DNA of 64,000 bases, from positions 181,164,001-181,228,000 of the forward strand of contig NC_042997.1 in assembly GCF_006345805.1 (NCBI RefSeq), read 5' to 3'. The notes beneath the pieces are model-generated. The model did not search any database, was not told where the DNA came from, and saw nothing but the letters and a program-made list of their open reading frames with translations. A program made the position numbers and the translations under genes. Of the stretch, positions 38,615-52,305 are shown one piece after another (position 1 is the stretch's first letter; every line of letters begins with the position of its first letter). This stretch comes from Octopus sinensis. Taxonomy: Eukaryota.

Positions 38615-38832
38615 TAATAATCCTTTCCATTATATGCACAAGGCCTGAAATTTTGGGGAAGGGGCTAATCGATTACCTCTGCCCAGTGAATATCTGGTAC
38701 TTATTTTATCAACCCTGAAAGAATGAAGTGTAACATCGACCTCATGGGAATTTGAACTCAAGAGGGAGGAAATACCGCTAAGCATTTTGTCCGGTGTTCT
38801 GAAGATTCTGACAGCTCAACGCCTTTCGCTGC
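38615..38832 (-). mobile_element. SINE family B relative (degenerate)
   Basis: ctggtacttattttatcaaccctgaaagaatgaag…gaatttgaactca…aaataccgctaagcatttt motifs. Confidence 0.75.
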
Positions 38833-38833
38833 C

Positions 38834-38890
<57 letters not shown>

Positions 38891-38891
38891 T

Positions 38892-39112
38892 GCCCTAATG
38901 CAGTATTAGGCAGTGGAAATTCCCTGATGCAGTACCAAGCAGTGGCTCATGGCTTCTGATCTTAACTGATTGGAAGTGTTATCATGTACATTGTTTTGTC
39001 TTGGTATAAAAGATGGGCTACAGCAAATATTCTGCTCAATACCACAGATTTGCTTGTCAGTTGTTCCTTAGTGGCTGACGATATGTGCATCTCTGATCAC
39101 GAGCAAACGTGG
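38892..39112 (+). mobile_element. Truncated copy of the (TAA)n-flanked repeat also at 57355-57850
   Basis: atcatgtacattgttttgtcttggtataaaagatgggctacagc… is shared; preceded by (TAA)n at 38838-38890. Confidence 0.8.
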
Positions 39113-39124
39113 TGGTGGTGGTGG

Positions 39125-39165
<41 letters not shown>

Positions 39166-39224
39166 GAAAACACCTCTCGAGCAGAATGATTAATTTTGAT
39201 ATATTTAAATTACGGACAGATTTT

Positions 39225-39420
39225 TATTCACTATCACTGTTATCTTCGACTCTTTGCATTTCATCTTCACTGCTATCGTCTTGGAAACCTCCGAATTCTT
39301 CTACTTTCTGGCAATCAACGTCTTCATAAATCATGTCGCCTAAAGCATTGCTAATACCAAACTCTTTGAATATTTTCTTTGTCTGCGTCTCATGATGTTT
39401 AACCTACTGGCACACTTTTG
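39225..39420 (-). pseudogene. Probable pogo-like transposase C-terminal remnant
   Basis: KKIFKEFGISNALGDMIYEDVD…FGGFQDDSSEDE (cf. FKKCGISNALDG plus acidic tail). Confidence 0.5.
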
Positions 39421-39594
39421 CAACACCATATCTCTTAATACATCCAGTAGTAGTTATATATAAATACTGAGTTCATTCACGTATTTACTCCATTACTTAT
39501 GTATGAAGACTTTGAAAGATTTATTAATGAAAACATCTAAAGTCTGTAATTATTTTCAGCTACCTCTTCTAAATTCTTTAGTTATTATTGTTTA

Positions 39595-40104
39595 TAAAAT
39601 ATTCAAAACGTTTCCCAGAAACAAATCTATACCCCCTCCCCCACACACACACATGTTTATATATATATATTATATTATATTATATGTTATATACTATATA
39701 TTATATATATGTATATACAGGTTTATGCATTTGTATGTATGGTTATATATAGAAGTGTATATATATATATATATATAAACATACATACCTATACACCTAG
39801 AGAATGAGAGAGAGGGAAGTATTGGAAACTCAGAGAGTGAAAGCTTGGCAGACAGGTGATCAACAGACAGGTAAGTAAACTGATATCGAAAATTCACTAT
39901 GTCTCCAAAAACTAAAGGAAGATTTATATTTTTTTTCTGAAAATGACAACACACTGATAATGTTTTCTTTTATATTATTACAAGAAATTCTATCTTACAC
40001 AAATATCCACGAAAACTAAGTCAACTGTTATAAATCTCGACTTGATTCAAAAGAACATTGCTACAAAGTGAAGAATATTGTTTGTTTTGTTTTTTTAACA
40101 AATT
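39595..40104 (+). repeat. Local segmental duplication, copy 2
   Basis: Colinear with 35120-35672. Confidence 0.85.
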
Positions 40105-40224
40105 CCGGTAGCTGCATCTTTGTTGTTTCTACAAGAAAAATACTAAAGGAATCAAATACCATTAAGGATAGATTGTTACGATAAAGTCTGGCCGTTTTGC
40201 CAAAAACTTTTCGGTTCAAAACTA

Positions 40225-40428
40225 TAAGGTTGGTGTATAATTATTGCGACTTTTTTTCAATAAATTTTATCCAACAAAAGATTTTATCAAAACGCCAAAC
40301 AGAAACTGAAGTAGATGGTGAATATGCTCCAGAATAATCATTTAAAGATTTTTTGTTGAGTGCTGTTATTGTTTTCGTTGAATAAATTTTATCGAAAAAA
40401 AAGCCGCAATAATTATGCACCAAACTAA
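40225..40428. mobile_element. Mariner-derived MITE
   Basis: TIRs taaggttggtgtataattattgcgactttt and aaaagccgcaataattatgcaccaaactaa, flanked by TA at 40223-24 and 40429-30. Confidence 0.85.
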
Positions 40429-42269
40429 TACATTCCATCAACTTTAATGTGACAACCCTAGGTATTTTCTCTAATCCCATCTGCAGTGTTTGCAAGAACA
40501 TTCGCGTTACAGTTTATTTACATTTCCCTGATGTGCTGTTGGTAGTTATACCTTAGATTCTTAGTATCTACAATTCTTTTTATCACAGCTCATATGAATA
40601 AGATTACTTGAAGCGTACTGGTGTATATTAGTTTAATGTTTACACATAGACAAATATAATTATAGTCTTTCTTCATACGTATATATCTTAATTTACGAGC
40701 AAAATTATCTAGAACATAGTTGTTTATTTTAAGAAAATAACTTTAGTCAAAATGTGACACATATAATGTGATTTAAATTGCTTTTTAGGAAAAACAGTCA
40801 CCTGGTATTCTCTGACAATTACGGGAAATATATCACAATATGAAAATAATGAGCTACTTCGAAGTTTCACTAATGTCCATGGCTGACTATGGATTCCTAG
40901 GATCTTCTGACATAACCCATCATTTCATATTAGAAATTATCAATGTTGGAATGTGAAATGATAAATCTGTAGTAAAACCTGGATTTTTTTTATTTTATTC
41001 ACTTGGTGAAACTCTGATATAGTCCATTATTTCCATCTTGTGCTGTATTAAGTGTGTGTGTGTGTGTGTGTGTGTGTGTCTAAACAAATTACTGAATAGA
41101 TGCGGTAAGCGTTTATTTATTCGTCCAAATTTAATGATTCACTTCGTCGCTCCTCAAGATTTTTTTGCCATTTAAAACACATACGGTAAAAGAACATATC
41201 GCCTGAAGAATCGCAAATGGTGAGAAGTTCTGAGTAGTGGCGGAGTGATTCATCAGCTCGAAATGAATATAACAATTACATTGTGAAAGAGTCGCTTTCA
41301 TTTTATTTCGTTTACATGTCAGTTACATCTGTAAAGTTATTATTTTGCGATGCATGCCTTTGAGCAGCTGTCTTTCGAAAAGAAACTGCAATGTGAGACT
41401 TTGAATTCTTTAAATGTATTCCGTGTATTCCATTGTCCATCTTCATTATATGTGCTTGTATTTATATGTGATAATGTTTTGTTAGATTTTTTTTTCAACA
41501 TAGATTCTGTTGTTGAGTTCAGATTCAATTTCCTTTTACTGGGTCTTTTGTCTTCGCTTTTTTCTTTTTCTTATAGCCTACTTTTATCCTTTTCTATTCC
41601 CTATGCTTTTCTGATTTATTTATTTATCATCACTATTATATGTTTCCCTTGTGGAGAGATTGTATATACATGAAAATTGCTGGAGCCGTTATTCGTTATG
41701 CATTCATGTCTCAAAGTATGTTTATAATATCTGCCAATAATATGCTTTATATTACATCATAAAGCTAATTATGTATATTTATAGTTTATATTATAGTGTG
41801 TTGTTTTTGTAAAGATGACATGCTAGTTGTTTAGTTTTACTGAAAAATCTTAGAAGCTACAAAAATTACATAAATATAAAATAATAAACAATTAAACCAA
41901 GGTGAGCGGCATGAGTACGACTCAAGTGTGAAGCAATTATTCTGTCCTATTCAGAGTTATATTTACAATTAGGCTCGTACACTTTGATGCTAATTTACTT
42001 GCCTGTCTTAGCAATGCATCATAAAGAAATTTTGTTGTGATTTTCATACTAAATCTAACAATTCAACCATCATGTTTATCAAATGCAATCCTGAAAACAA
42101 TATGAAAAATATTTTTCTTTCGGTTTATCTCTTCCAATGCATCTTCAGCGTTTTATCTATACTCACACCTGTTTCTTTTATAGAGGAATCAATGAGCAGA
42201 GTAATGAATTTTTTGACACATTTTATACGGTATGTTATGTTTCTTAATGCTTAATTCTTATTCTTATTC

Positions 42270-42500
42270 TTCTTATTATTATTATTATGGTTTTTCCTTC
42301 TTTCTTCAAATTTTCTTCCGTTTCTTGCCAAGTGCTTTCCATACACCTAGGGCAGGGCAGAATATCTTCCCCGAATACGAACCTGGAAGGTCACTTAAAC
42401 GGGATTTGTCCCAAATTAAGCCCCCAAAGTTCACCACCACAACGACCAGAAAATCAAAAAAAAAGTAAAAGAACTAAATGAAACCGGGAAGAATATAAAG
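42270..42500 (-). mobile_element. 3' end of an R4/Dong-like LINE (second subfamily)
   Basis: cttcaaattttcttccgtttcttgccaagtg…cctagggca resembles the 3' UTR at 42550-42610; (TTA)n adjacent. Confidence 0.55.
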
Positions 42501-42540
42501 AAGTAATATATGCTTATTATTATTATTATTATCATTATTA

Positions 42541-42995
42541 CTTTTTTTTTCTTCTTTCAAATTTGCTTCCATTTCTTGCCGAGTGTCTTCCTGACTCCTA
42601 GGGCAAAGAAACTCATAGTATACATTGGTAGGCCATTAAACCAAACTCAATAGTTCGTTCATTTTTTTTTTTTTTAAGTTAAATTAAAATACATGAGCAG
42701 CAACAGTTCTCGCATCGACAATGCTCTTCTCAATACGTGTGATGTACCAGTTAAGACAATCTTTTGCACTTCTTGCAGGGATGGTAAGCCAGGGATCATT
42801 CTCATATAATTTTCGGTTCCCTTCTTGATCATTCCTAGTGCTCCTACGATCACTGGTATTGTAACCGCCTTGAGATGCCACATTTTCTCAATTTCAATGA
42901 GTAGGTCTTTATATTTTCTGAGCTTGTCAAACTCTTTCGCTGAGATATTATGATCACAGGGGATGCTCATGTCGATCAATAAGCAAACTTTATTG
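42541..42995 (-). mobile_element. R4/Dong-like LINE 3' end (RLE C-terminus plus 3' UTR) within (TTA)n
   Basis: LIDMSIPCDHNISAKEFDKLRKYKDLLIEIEKMWHLKAVTIPVIVGALG…LQEVQKIVLTGTSHVLRRAL; (TTA)n on both sides. Confidence 0.9.
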
Positions 42996-43002
42996 TTTTG
43001 GT

Positions 43003-43120
<118 letters not shown>

Positions 43121-43603
43121 TCAAAGCAGCAAAAGGCGTTGTGCTGGCAGAATCGTTAGCACCCCGGGAGAAATACTTAGTGGTATGCGTCCTGTAATTT
43201 TCCTTCATGTTCATTTGTGACAGGAATAAGACTTGCAGGCGATAGATCGATGGAGCTACCTGTTTCTCTTAATAACTTTGATGCTGAAATCATTTTTTTC
43301 GAACTATTTACTGTTAGCTATTTTACTTATTTTATTTCTGAAATCTACGAACAAAAATATTTAATAGGGACAGAAGCGGTATTAATACCAAAATTTAACA
43401 TTTATTCCCACTTAAAAGTGGGGACAACTGACGTGCCAGTGGATTTAGACGAAATTATTATTCTAAAATTTCTCCTCACTATTCATTAAATACAATAAGT
43501 TTATTATGTATTTATTTTATTACACGAAATATATTTTAGTACACTAGGATGCCTATGATGTTAATTCCCTTTCCTAATGATGAAGGAAATACTACTTTTG
43601 ATA

Positions 43604-44016
43604 TACTCTTTTACTCTTTTACTTGTTTCAGTCATTTGACTGTGGCCATGCTAGAGCATCGCCTTTAGTCGAGCAAATTGACCTCAGGACTTATACTTTG
43701 TAAGCCTGGTATTTATTCTGTCCGTCTCTTTCTGCCGAACCGCTAAGTTATGGGGACGTAAACACACCAGAATCGGTTGTCAAGCGATGTTGGGGGGGAC
43801 AAACACAGAAACACAAACACTCACACACACACACACACACACCACACACACATATATATATATATATAATATATATATATATATAATATATATATATAAA
43901 CGACGGGCTTCTTTCAGTTTCCGTCTACCAAATCCACTCACAAGGCTTTGGTCGGCTCGAGGCTATAGTAGAAGACACTTGTGGTTGGTAAGCAAGCTAC
44001 TTACCACACAGCCACT
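43604..44016 (-). mobile_element. CORE-like SINE family C (deletion in head)
   Basis: Reverse-complement homology to 18959-19386. Confidence 0.9.
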
Positions 44017-44127
44017 TCTAAGTAGGTGAGTCTAATTGTTACACAGGTAACCCTTTTCCAATACTCACATAACTTCCATGTCAGCTAACTTCTTGTCGAA
44101 TACATCTTTAATTATTATTATTATTAC

Positions 44128-44169
<42 letters not shown>

Positions 44170-44608
44170 CAAATGACTGTTCACCAAAACATCAAGCTTT
44201 TCCAAAACGGGATGACATAAAACATTGTCAAATTTAGCCCGAAAATGTATCGCTAAGTGTTGTTCTTTGTATTTGTATATTTATCAAATATGTTTGCGTT
44301 TATATTAGTGTGAATGTGTATATGTATATACATCAGAAATAATGTTTGGGTATATTTAAAGTTTATCATAACAAGAGCGATACGAAGTTAATTCACGTAT
44401 ACCAAAGTATATGTGAGTATATGTATGTAAATATTTTATCAGACTTTTTCTTTCCCGCTCCCCTTCTCTCTTAACTTTCTCTGTCATATGCCCTTTTTGC
44501 AATAGTTTGCCCTTTCACCTCACATACTCCCACACAATATCTAACTGTCACTATAAATCTCATTTTTCTATCTATCTGTATAGTGTTGTAAGTATTTTTT
44601 ATCATTTT

Positions 44609-44682
<74 letters not shown>

Positions 44683-46271
44683 TTTTATATGTGTATATAT
44701 ATAATATATATATATCATCCGATCTAGCTAACGTCACTTTCTCTCTCTTTTACCAGCAGTTTTTTTTCTTCGCTATATTATTTTATCCTTATTTTTCTCC
44801 GTCCATTTTAAAAGTCCAATGTTTGCAATATAGATTATTTTCAATCATAATACAGACAAACTTTAAAGTGCTTAAAACAAATACAAACAATAACAAAACC
44901 AACAACAACAACATCATTGTAAATGTTTTGCTAAATGTTTTGTTAAATGTTAGCCTGAAGTGTTCTATTTGATGAGGAACTTTAGCAATAAAATTGAGAA
45001 TACGGTAAATTTTTATTACTTTTGCTTGAAAGAATCGCTTATAAAATGATCATGAAAAATTAAAAATTGAAAATTAAAGAACAACGAAAAGCAAATCAGT
45101 TTAGTAATATAATATTGTCTCCCATTTTGGAGGAAATATTCGAATAGAAAATATATTTTAGCTCATACGATTTTAAAAGATGATAAATTCATTAACGAAA
45201 TAAGCAATTTTAGAGGGAAGTGGGGAAGCATTGTTTAGGTTTGGTCCGGTTTGGGATTTGATTTCGTGTTTGTGTGTTGTGTTTCATTTTGTTTTATTTT
45301 CGTTTCTTTCGATTGATTTTTTTACTTGATTTTCTTTTTGGTTTGTTTTTATTGTTATTGTTTATTTTAATAAACAACGTATGTTATAAGATTGCTTTTC
45401 TATAAAATTTTGAGTAGTCGGAATGCCCGAGAGGATAAACGGAAAAGGAAAGCATCTCGATGGCATTGTCGAAAATGTATATCTTGCCACTGGCGTTGTT
45501 TGTATTAATGTTCCTTTCTTTTACTTTCTTTCCTTTTCGTTGTTCAAGAAATAAAATGATAAAATTACAAAGTCAAACTTATTTGACTGGTTGCAAGTAT
45601 ACTTATGACAACTCCTCTCGTTTCGTATCCTCCACAGATTTTGCTTATGCTTACAGCAGTAAACCGTACATCAACCACGATACAATAGAGGGGCCATTAC
45701 AGAGTAGCTCCTATTTAATATATGAGAAAGGAAACCAAATATATAAGTAGTTAGTAGTGTCAGGAACGTTGTCCTTTTAAGATTGATACATTAAGAATAG
45801 TATTTCCATAGATCGCAGAAATTGAAGTTTTTAATAGATAATAGAAGACGGCTCTCTATAGCACTGGTCAGAACGGTAGAGCCAGCTTCTTTATTTAGTG
45901 GTTTCCAACCGCGGAAGTAATTGAGTGTGTTGTGAGGTTTTAATTTTAAGCTTATTAATATTCACTATAGGCACAATAAGGGTATTGCGAAAATTCTTTA
46001 TCTCGTTTTTGTCTTTTCGTCACGCAAAGAAAGAAACAATTGTCCTATGAAATCAAAGTATCATTTATCTCATAAGGTCCTACAATGATAACGTGACGAA
46101 ATGAGTGTAGGGCTGAAAAATCACAGGGTTAAAATAACCGGAGAAAATTATTTCAGCTTAGTTCCCTGTGTACCTGTACAGGTCAACAATTTGGGGTCAG
46201 GAATGCAAGTTGAGAGTAAGATTGTGTTTTGTGACTGTGTGTTGTTGTGTGTGGTGTGTGTGTGTGTGTGT

Positions 46272-46325
<54 letters not shown>

Positions 46326-46660
46326 TGTGCGTGCGTGTGTGTATGGTTTTATATCAATCAGTCGGTTGGCTCTCCCCTGAAAACGGTCTGGGATACTTTG
46401 TGTGTGTAGCAGAGGCACCATCTAATATATGAGATCAATACTTTACATGGACTTCACCTAAGGCTTACATCAAAGTAAGAATGTAATATTAATTGCTAAA
46501 CTGGCGCTTGCGGAAAGAATAAGTTTGCATTGAATATCACATGGTTTTTGGCTTTTTCATTATTTTTCATAGTTTATAGATTAGAGATAGGTATTCTCTG
46601 TATAGAATACACTTCGAAGTGCTCCAGAGATTTGAACATGAGCAGATAGAGGAGTAACTG

Positions 46661-47185
46661 TAAGGACAAGTAAATTTGGGAAGTCGATATACAAAAATAT
46701 TAAATACATTTCAGACAAAAAATGTACATATGTATACATATAAAAAGTCCGACTTACGCAGAATAGCAATGATATGAGGAATTGAAGGAGTTGAGAAAGA
46801 ATTTTAGGAGTCCAACAACTGTTTCCTGGGGCCTTGTGGTTCAAAATAATGATGATTGTAGCTTGATTATATCATCGGAAAACACCGGCCTCCAGGGAAG
46901 AGTTTTACATTGGAGGTGTTGACAGAAATGTAAAACCCTTCGCTGAAAGCGAAGGCTGTTGTTATACGATCATAGAATCACGTTACAATCATCATTATTT
47001 TGGATTACCGAGCCCCCAAGAACAGTTGTTGGACTCGTAAAACTCTTACTCAACCCCTTTAATTCCTAAAATCATTTATACTCTGTGTAAGTCGGACCTT
47101 TTTATGTATATACATATGTACATTTTTTCTATTAAATGTATTTAATATTTTTTGTATATAGACTTGCCCAACTTGCTTGTCCTTA
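46661..47185. mobile_element. MITE-like element with ~95-bp TIRs
   Basis: taaggacaag…aaaaagtccgacttac (46661-46756) is inverted relative to gtaagtcggacc…cttgcttgtcctta (~47088-47185). Confidence 0.75.
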
Positions 47186-47282
47186 TATATATATTATATA
47201 TATATATATATATTATATATTATATATATATATATTATATATATATATATATATTATATATATATATATTATATATATATAT

Positions 47283-47315
<33 letters not shown>

Positions 47316-47317
47316 AT

Positions 47318-47355
<38 letters not shown>

Positions 47356-47550
47356 ATATATATATATATATATATACAAAGTAAGATAGGGGTTATGAAT
47401 GTAATCCACTATGGGATATCAGTTATCCAATATACTGCTAGTAAAGTACCCAATTCCTAATACATAAATGCTTTTAATTGCAATGCAATTAATTCATTTA
47501 TTGTATTAGATGGGTGAAGGTAAAAAATATTTTTGCCGCAAATTTATAAA

Positions 47551-47647
47551 ACAAATAATAAAATGAAGAAACAAATTCATCCCGTTCATCAACTTACAGA
47601 TATTAGTTGATGAACGAAATGAATTTGTTTCTCCATTTTCTTATTTG

Positions 47648-47648
<1 letters not shown>
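47551..47648. repeat. Foldback inverted repeat at a PLE-like terminus
   Basis: Arms 47551-47594 and 47605-47648; 10-nt loop; (TA)n downstream. Confidence 0.85.
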
Positions 47649-47683
<35 letters not shown>

Positions 47684-47753
47684 GTAGTTGTGTTTTTAGC
47701 TTCTGCTTTTTCCATGATCACATCTGAGTATTTTATTTATATTCCCTCGTAAG

Positions 47754-47814
47754 CTCTACTGAAGAAGAATGTATCCTTTATAGGGATTAATTTCGAAATT
47801 GATTCAATATAGAG
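47754..47814 (+). ncRNA. Type I hammerhead ribozyme, intact core
   Basis: ctcta-CTGAAGA-a-gaa…atcctt tat agggat…ttc-GAAA-ttga t tcaa-TA-tagag. 5-bp helix I; quasi-palindromic helix III; cleavage after 47809. Confidence 0.8.
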
Positions 47815-48819
47815 ATAACGAAATTTAAGTTTTCTAAAGGTTAGTTGCCCGCTTTCAGTTCAATTTTCCTGTAACAAGTGGATTATAAGTGGATAAATCA
47901 GTGTATTGGCTTTAGAATAACCTTCTGTAGCTCTTAATTATAAGATATATATATATATATATATACATACATGTGTAAACGTGTACATTTTTTGAATTAA
48001 ATGTATTTAATATTTTTTGTATATCGACTTGTCTAACTTGCTTGCCCTTAAATATACATACATACATACGTACGTGCGTACATATGTAAACGTGTACATA
48101 ATTTGTATTAAATATATTTAATATTTGCATATCGACTTACCTAACTTGCTTGTCCTTACATTTACCCCCTATATATACGCACGTGTGTGTGCGTGTGTGT
48201 GTGTGTTTACGTGTGTGTGTGCGCGTGGGGCGTGGGGCGGTTGTAGTATTATTAGTTCAATCTATTGATTCTCAACAAATTCTATAGAAGAATCCCCAGA
48301 TACTTCTACGTGCAACAGATCTTCTGTTTTCTAAATTAATTTTTTCACATTGCGTAGAAATATACATATTTTTATTGCCGTACTTCTTTCAATAAATTAT
48401 TTTCATAACAGCAAAAACGAAAGCAAATTTTGACATTTACATCAAATTAACAATATTCAAGGAAGCAGAAATCAACAGAGGCATATTGAAGGTGAATGCG
48501 ATGAAATTGGTATTGGAATATTTAGAAACAAGCAATAAAGACGGCTTATTTACAATCTGCACATTACATTCTTTTGTATTTCTTGCAATTTTCTTTTTTT
48601 CCCCTTTCTAATTTTTAAAAAAACTTTTTAAAACATAAATATTCTTGACAAGTCATACAATGACGAAAACCGGTTGAATAAATATATATTTATATATTTT
48701 ATCAATTTCTCATTTTATTAAAATTTTCTTTCATTTGAGCATTCTGCATTTTAAAAAAAATTTTTTCCTTACTTATCATTTCTCCACGTGCGGTCAACAC
48801 AACCCCACCATTTATTGAT

Positions 48820-48823
48820 CTAT

Positions 48824-48873
<50 letters not shown>

Positions 48874-48887
48874 AATGTGTGTGTATA

Positions 48888-48956
<69 letters not shown>

Positions 48957-49020
48957 AAGTGTGTGTATATATGTATGTGTAAGTATGTGTGTGTATGAGT
49001 ATGTATGTATGTATGCACAC

Positions 49021-49058
<38 letters not shown>

Positions 49059-49195
49059 ATATATGTGTGTATGTATATGTATGTGTGTGTGTATATATAT
49101 ATATGTGTGTGGGTGTATGTGTGTATATGTATATGTATGTATATGTATATATATATATATATATGTGTGTATGTGTATGTGTGTGTATGTATATG

Positions 49196-49232
<37 letters not shown>

Positions 49233-49392
49233 GTATGTATATGTATGTATATATGTGTGTGTATGTGTATGTGTATATGTACATATAGTGTACGCTCGTG
49301 TGTTTATGTATATGTAGGTACGTAGAGTTTGTATGTATGTATGTATATGTACATGTGTGTAAGTAGGTATATATATATATATATATATATAT
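48820..49392. repeat. TA/TG compound low-complexity tract
   Basis: Direct inspection. Confidence 0.9.
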
Positions 49393-49827
49393 ACATCTGG
49401 AAGATCCTGGAGGGAAGTGTCCTGAACTTTGGCATCGAGAGTTACCCAAATGCCGAACTGGGCGCCACTGCGTGGTGCCTAGGACTCCAAACCTGCCATC
49501 AGATGTAGGACAAGATTCTGTGATAGCCTGGCTTCCGAGGCCCACAGCTCTTCAATATCCTCCCGAAGAACCTGAGAGACCTGCATGGGGTGGATACAGA
49601 TGTCTTTAAAATGAAGCTGGATCTCTTCCTGTCAGGTGTCCCAGATGAACCAACTTCACGGCAGGAGGGGCAGATGAGGGCAGCTGCATCGAACTCTCTC
49701 ATTGCACCAAATAGCAGTTGCTAGAAAGCCTCCATGAAGTGAAACCAAGTAGCACACCAAATGGCGGTGCCCCAGCATGGCCAGCTCATAAGCTGAAACT
49801 AGAATCAATCAATCAATCAATCAATCA
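49393..49827 (+). mobile_element. CR1-like LINE 3' end with (ATCA)n tail
   Basis: IWKILEG…[40 protein letters not shown]…RAAASNSL, then 3' UTR ending atggcggtgccccagcatggcc…gctgaaac and (atca)n. Confidence 0.85.
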
Positions 49828-49829
49828 TA

Positions 49830-49889
<60 letters not shown>

Positions 49890-50074
49890 AAGTTTATATT
49901 ATGTATCCGTCTGTATAATAGGTAACTGCACGTATATATACTTAATATTTATTATTTATTATTTTTTGAGTATGCATGAATGTATATGAATAACTGCACG
50001 TATATATATTTTATTTTTTTTATTATTTATTTTTTGAGTATGCATGTAAGTATATGAACATAAGGAGGCGCGTG

Positions 50075-51080
50075 TGTGTGTATGTGTAAGCATATGTATA
50101 GATATATGTATACTTTTACGCATGTGTGTACTTATGTGTATATATGGATGCGCGCGGTGTGTGTGTGTATGGGTACGCAGGTGTATGTGTGTGTGTATAT
50201 ATGTATATGTATGTATGTACATGTATGTATGTGTATATATATATATGTATATATATATATGTATGTATATATATGTATATATGTATGTGTATATGTATGT
50301 ATATGTATGTGTATGTATGCGCGTATATGTATGTATATGTATATGTGTGGGGGTGTGTATGTGTATATATGTATGTATGTATGGGTGTATGTATATGTAT
50401 GTATATATACGTATATATATATATATATGTATGTATTTGTATGTAGGTCTATATGTATGTGTGTATATATATTTATTGGTGTATATGTATGGACTAGTCT
50501 TCTAAGAGTGTACACATGAATCTGTAGGTACGCGTACGTATGTGTATATATGTGAATGTATGTAGATGTATGTATGTATGAATATAACGCGTGCGTGCGT
50601 GTATGTGTATGAGTGTACGAATGAGTGAGTGTGCGTGCTAATGAGTGTGCGTGCGTGAGTGAGTGCTTGTGTTCGAGTAGAAAGATAAATGGACTTCCTG
50701 TCGTAGCCAAGATGCTTGTGACCCGCGTTCAAAGATAACAAAAGTAATAAATGAAGATAATAATAAAATTAAAATTAGGGAATGGGTTTGTATTTGTATG
50801 TATATGTGTGTATGTGTAGGTATGTATAGGTACACATATGTATATATATATGTATATATATATGTATATATATATATGTGTGTATATATGGACTTGTGTG
50901 TGCATGTGTGTATGTAGATATGTGTGTGTATGTGTGTATGTGTGTATGTGTATGTGTGTGTATGTATATATTTTTTTGTGTGTATATGTATGTGTGGACG
51001 TGTGTGTATATATACATGTGTGTGTGTATATATATATGCATGTATATGTATATATATGTATATATATATGTATATATATG

Positions 51081-51111
<31 letters not shown>

Positions 51112-51180
51112 GTGTGTGTGTATGTATGTGTGTATGTATATGTGTGTGTGTGTATATATATACATATGTGTATATGTATA
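50075..51180. repeat. TA/TG compound low-complexity tracts
   Basis: Direct inspection. Confidence 0.9.
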
Positions 51181-51397
51181 AGTGAGAATCTCCTTATTTA
51201 CCTAAAACTCTATTCTTCTATATATTTTTCTATATATTTTTTTATTCTTTTATTTATTCTTTTATCTAATTTACCACTGACTCCTTGACCACTCCCCAAG
51301 TATGATATTTTTGCGCTATGCCTACCCCCAAAAAGCCCCACCACCACCCCTTTAAACCTGCCTAAATGTATAAATGCCAATACAATTCTTGTTAACT

Positions 51398-51448
51398 AGC
51401 TTCCTGATGATTTCTCTTGAATGAAACAGTTCTAGTCCTGTAGAAGCT
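51398..51448 (+). ncRNA. Type I hammerhead ribozyme, intact core (copy of 34305-34355)
   Basis: agcttc-CTGATGA-tttctcttgaat-GAAA-cagttctagtcctg-TA-gaagct; cleavage after 51442. Confidence 0.8.
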
Positions 51449-51470
51449 CCTTCTATATAATAAAATAAAA

Positions 51471-51541
<71 letters not shown>

Positions 51542-51724
51542 ATATATATATTAGTGCATATATATGCACTTGCACTTGCAGCTTTTGTATTAGATATCAG
51601 AAGGTTAAAAAAAATAGAATAAATATGACATCCGGCGGAAATAGTCAATACTCTGGCGCTGCAAAAAGTCAGTCTTCGTACTGTGCACACACACACCACA
51701 CACACACACACACACATACGCACG

Positions 51725-51755
<31 letters not shown>

Positions 51756-52305
51756 ACTCACACACACACACAATGAAAGAGCGCGTACATACAAACACAT
51801 GTACAACTCATACACATGTACATTTTATACGCACTCATCATTTTAAAGATATTTAGTTTCATCTTATCCGAATTGGTTATTAACTATATACCTACTGTCG
51901 TGTCTAATTTAGTGTGAAATGTTAATTAAAAGCAATAAATTAAACAGTAGCAGACAACATCATCATATAGAACCAAACGAAGATTCAGACTTCAAGTTGT
52001 GCCAAATGGAATGACCCGTCCTATTAGAAATGGAACGTCTCATATGCCTACGTGATGTAGAAAATAACCTGTACGTTTTGTGAGCCGTCGAGTCAACACT
52101 GTAGTACTGTAGTATTTATCCTTCATGTAGCAATCCCACGTGGGAGCCCATACGTGTTCATGCGAGCAACTAGAAATTGTAGCTAAATCTGCTCCATATC
52201 ACATCATAACGTTTAAATAAAAGGAGTCATTTCAAAAATGTAGTACCAAATACAATATGTCTGAAAAGTTTTAAGTACATGATAATCAAACAGTGTCTGA
52301 CTATA

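Noticed and set aside
38892-39000. HDV-like ribozyme at the 5' end of the TAA-flanked repeat
   Set aside because: Could not build the nested double pseudoknot (P1, P1.1, P2, P3) by eye; needs an RNArobo/Infernal search.
41200-41262. CTGAAGA (+) and CTGATGA (-) core matches
   Set aside because: No properly placed GAAA or closing helices; likely chance heptamers.
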